From IMG/VR virus record IMGVR_UViG_3300021579_000006: a stretch of DNA of 20,000 nt; one strand, given 5' to 3'. The notes under the pieces are model-generated. The model saw nothing but the letters and a program-made list of their open reading frames with translations. It did no database searches and had not been told where the DNA came from. Numbering within the stretch: position 1 is the first letter of the stretch; every line of letters starts with the position of its first letter. This document shows positions 15,515-20,000 of the stretch, piece by piece. The stretch is from an uncultured virus (IMG/VR IMGVR_UViG_3300021579_000006). Its lineage: Duplodnaviria; Heunggongvirae; Uroviricota; Caudoviricetes. A program made the translations under genes and the position numbers.

Positions 15515-16184
15515 AAGATTCTTAAAGGAAGATATCATCTGCTACGACGACTTCATCCCGGTAGAGGACCAGCAAAAGCTCGTATCCTACTTCGAAGATC
15601 CTGAACTACCGTGGACAATGTCGGCATTTTTCGAGTCATACGGGATGAGCCTTCTACCCGACGAACCACTTTTAGAGAAGTACGGATTGCCTAAGGATTA
15701 CCTAGGAAACCTAGCATCAAGACTTAAAGAGTATGTAGAAGATGCGCATCAGCGCCCAGTTAAGTCTGTATCTAGCCATGCCCAAAAATGGGAAAAGGGA
15801 GCTTTTGCACCGTTCCACTCGGATAATACCGATATGGATGGCAACTGGTCAGCATGGGAGAAAAGTAAGTTTGTTTGCCTACTCTATGTAAACGATGATT
15901 ACGAGGGTGGAGAACTCGATTTTAGAGACCACAGCTTAACAATTAAACCTAAATCGGGTCAATTAATTACATTCCCGGGGGGAATTAACAATGTACACCA
16001 GGTTAAGGAAGTTCTAACAGGGACTCGCCACACTATCGGAGCATTCTGGGATTTTGCCGAATCCGAGTATTCGGAGGAGCGCATCAAGGAGTGGGACGAG
16101 GAGGTCACTAAGGTGCGTGAACAGCAGGCTGTACAGCAGGCAGAATGGAAGCAGGGTATTAAGAACGGCACCCCTATCTACTAG
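15498..16184 (+). CDS. 2OG-Fe(II) oxygenase, prolyl hydroxylase-like (Arg type)
   Basis: RBS AGGAG. HSDN...YVNDDYEGGELDF...FPGG..NVHQVKEVLTGTR, plus a charged helical C-terminal extension. Confidence 0.88.
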   Translation: MSIENKRFLKEDIICYDDFIPVEDQQKLVSYFEDPELPWTMSAFFESYGMSLLPDEPLLEKYGLPKDYLGNLASRLKEYVEDAHQRPVKSVSSHAQKWEKGAFAPFHSDNTDMDGNWSAWEKSKFVCLLYVNDDYEGGELDFRDHSLTIKPKSGQLITFPGGINNVHQVKEVLTGTRHTIGAFWDFAESEYSEERIKEWDEEVTKVREQQAVQQAEWKQGIKNGTPIY

Positions 16185-16204
16185 TATCAATCTTGCTCCA
16201 ATAG

Positions 16205-16213
16205 GGTAAAATA
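16205..16213 (+). promoter_or_regulatory. Putative promoter element GGTAAAATA for fibre module 2
   Basis: Intergenic, ending 37 nt before the GTG at 16251, the same spacing as the motif before paralog 863. Confidence 0.5.
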
Positions 16214-16250
16214 GTAGAAGAAATAGGCCAATTTCTCAGAGGATTTCCCC

Positions 16251-16612
16251 GTGCACTGTGCTACCGCAAATTATTACGACATTATTGTCGATCAAGGCGC
16301 TACGCTTTTGCGGTCAATTGCAGTCAAAAACTCAGCAAAAAAGCCAATAACCATTACTGGATATACAGCTCGTATGCAAGTTCGTGAAAAAACCTCGTCT
16401 ATGTCGGTAGTTCTAACGTTGACCACTGAGAACGGTGGTATCGAGATCAATGGAACAGCCGGATCAATATTAATCATAGCTAGCCCATCCCAGACTGAAG
16501 CCTTAGAAATAGGTAAATACACTTATGATCTGGAAGTAGAAGAAACCTCTACGGGGATAGTAACAAAAGTTATTCAAGGCAATCTTGTCGTTCGTCCGGA
16601 GGTTACTCGATA

Positions 16613-16613
<1 letters not shown>
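16251..16613 (+). CDS. Phage fibre adaptor/attachment-like protein (paralog 2)
   Basis: 120 aa with [38 protein letters not shown] and EVTR shared with 863-1225. AGAGGA RBS. Confidence 0.65.
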
Positions 16614-18165
<1,552 letters not shown>

Positions 18166-18166
<1 letters not shown>

Positions 18167-20000
18167 TGACCGATTTTATTTTTCCACTAGATCCGTCGCA
18201 GGGTGATATTTATAGCTTCGAAGGCTCGTCATGGGTTTGGAATGGCTACACCTGGGAAGCCCGCTCGACTCAAGCAGTCGGTGGACCCACCGGTCCTACA
18301 GGAGCTGCCTCTAGTATCCCTGGCCCAACCGGACCATCGGTAACCGGCCCTACGGGATCAACTGGAGAGCAAGGTCCAACTGGAGCAACAGGTCCTAGTG
18401 TAACTGGACCAACTGGTGCTCAGGGTGAGACCGGGTCTATCGGACGTATCGGCCCGACCGGATCGCGAGGTGTACAGGGGATTCAAGGTATCCAAGGTAT
18501 CCAAGGTATCCAAGGATTAACTGGTCAAATCGGGCCTAGAGGAGATGTAGGACCAACTGGCCCAACAGGTGCTACAGGTGCAGATTCAACAGTTGCAGGA
18601 CCAACAGGTGCAACCGGACCTTCTGTAACTGGACCAACTGGTGCTCCTTCAAATGTAACTGGACCTACTGGCGCTCGAGGTGCTCAGGGTGATCAGGGCG
18701 TACAAGGCATTCAAGGTATTCAAGGCATTCAAGGTGTTACGGGGGATACTGGTGCTACTGGCCCTACAGGTGCAACCGGACCTTCTGTAACTGGTCCAAC
18801 TGGATCAACTGGAAACCAGGGTGTAATAACTCAGGCTACTGCACCTTCTGATATTTCTCAGTTATGGCTTGATACTAGTGTTAGCGGTATTGAAGGCATG
18901 GGACCAACCGGCCCAACCGGTGCTTCGGGCGATGCAGGACTTCCTGGTGCTACTGGCCCTACTGGTGCAACTGGTGATTCAGGTCCTACGGGTCCTTCCG
19001 TGACTGGCCCAACAGGTGCTACAGGTGCAGATTCAACAGTTGCAGGACCAACAGGTGCAACCGGACCAGCTGGCATTTCCGTAACAGGACCAACTGGAGC
19101 TGCTTCTACTGTTCCCGGACCAACCGGACCAGCAGGCGCTAATGGATATGTTGGCGCAGATGGTACACCAGGAGCCACGGGACCTACTGGTGCTGCAGGA
19201 ACTAATGGAACTGATGGCCCTACTGGCCCTACAGGGTCTCAAGGCCCAATTGGCGCTACTGGTCCTAGCATAACAGGACCTACTGGTGCTGCAAGCACGG
19301 TAACCGGGCCAACCGGATCAACTGGAAATACTGGAGCAACAGGTGCAGCCGGACCTGGCGTTGCTGCAGGCGGAACTGCCGGGCAGATCCTTGCAAAGGT
19401 TGATGGTACCGACTACAACACGACTTGGATTGCTAACTACTCAGAGTCAATTCGCCACCAGGTTAAAGCTGCGGCTGCAATCAATAAGGGTCAGCCAGTC
19501 TATGTAAGTTCTGCTGATGGAACAAACATGATTGTTTCTCTAGCAAGTAATGCAAGTGAAGCTACGTCGAGCAAGACTATGGGTCTACTTGATGCAACCG
19601 TTGCGATTAATGGTGTAGCAAATGTAATTACTGAAGGTCTTCTTGCTGGATTAAATACTAATGGAGCTAGTGCTGGAGATCCTGTATGGCTAGGAGTTAA
19701 TGGATCTCTTGTTTATGGTTTAGCAAATAAGCCAGTTGCTCCGGCGCACCTAGTATTTATTGGTATTGTTACTCGTGCAAACTCAAATAATGGTGAAATT
19801 TTTATTCGCCCTCAGAATGGATTTGAACTAGACGAGTTGCACGATATACTTATTACTTCAAAAACTAATGGCGATTTGCTTCAGTATGAGTCATCTACTG
19901 GTCTTTGGAAAAATAAAGACCAATCTACGCTCGTTATCGCTGAGTCACAGGTAACTAATCTTGTTACTGATCTAGCATCTAAGGCATCACTAACATACCC
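18166..20000 (+). CDS. Second collagen-like fibre protein (3'-partial, at least 611 aa)
   Basis: Not in the ORF track because it runs off the window. ATG in TAATG at 18166: [31 protein letters not shown], then about 380 aa of GPT/GAT/GIQ repeats, [20 protein letters not shown], a beta domain (INKGQPVYV...TEGLL..LNT....GDPVWLG...IGIV) and LDELHDI...GDLLQY...WKN. Confidence 0.9.
18556..19067 (+). repeat. Exact 65-bp direct repeat within the collagen gene (18556-18620 and 19003-19067)
   Basis: ACTGGCCCAACAGGTGCTACAGGTGCAGATTCAACAGTTGCAGGACCAACAGGTGCAACCGGACC occurs twice. Confidence 0.85.

Noticed and set aside
7508..16184. DNA hypermodification cluster (TET/JBP oxygenase plus glycosyltransferase)
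   Set aside because: Motifs are prolyl-hydroxylase type, the GT resembles protein-modifying GT60, no methyltransferase or nucleotide kinase is present, and the neighbours are structural genes. Disfavoured but not formally excluded.

Overview
Genome fragment of a large tailed phage, probably infecting Actinobacteria (DUF3039, NrdH with CVQC and a partial NrdI on the minus strand at the left end). From 863 onward everything is on the plus strand, in three blocks. (1) 863-7441: an adaptor gene and a chain of tail-fibre/appendage genes ending in a fibronectin-III-like protein with a 76-aa Pro/Phe tract ((PPFF)n) and an acidic tail. (2) 7508-16184: after a GAAA-loop hairpin, a 12-gene enzyme cluster with eight 2OG-Fe(II) oxygenases (seven prolyl-hydroxylase type), a GT60/Gnt1-like GlcNAc transferase, two DUF6065-like proteins and one unknown. 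(3) 16251-end: a paralogous adaptor gene and two Gly-Pro-Thr-rich collagen-like fibre genes. The main hypothesis is that block 2 is a phage-encoded proline hydroxylation/O-glycosylation system lying between its likely substrates. All family calls come from motif recognition by eye; no searches were run.
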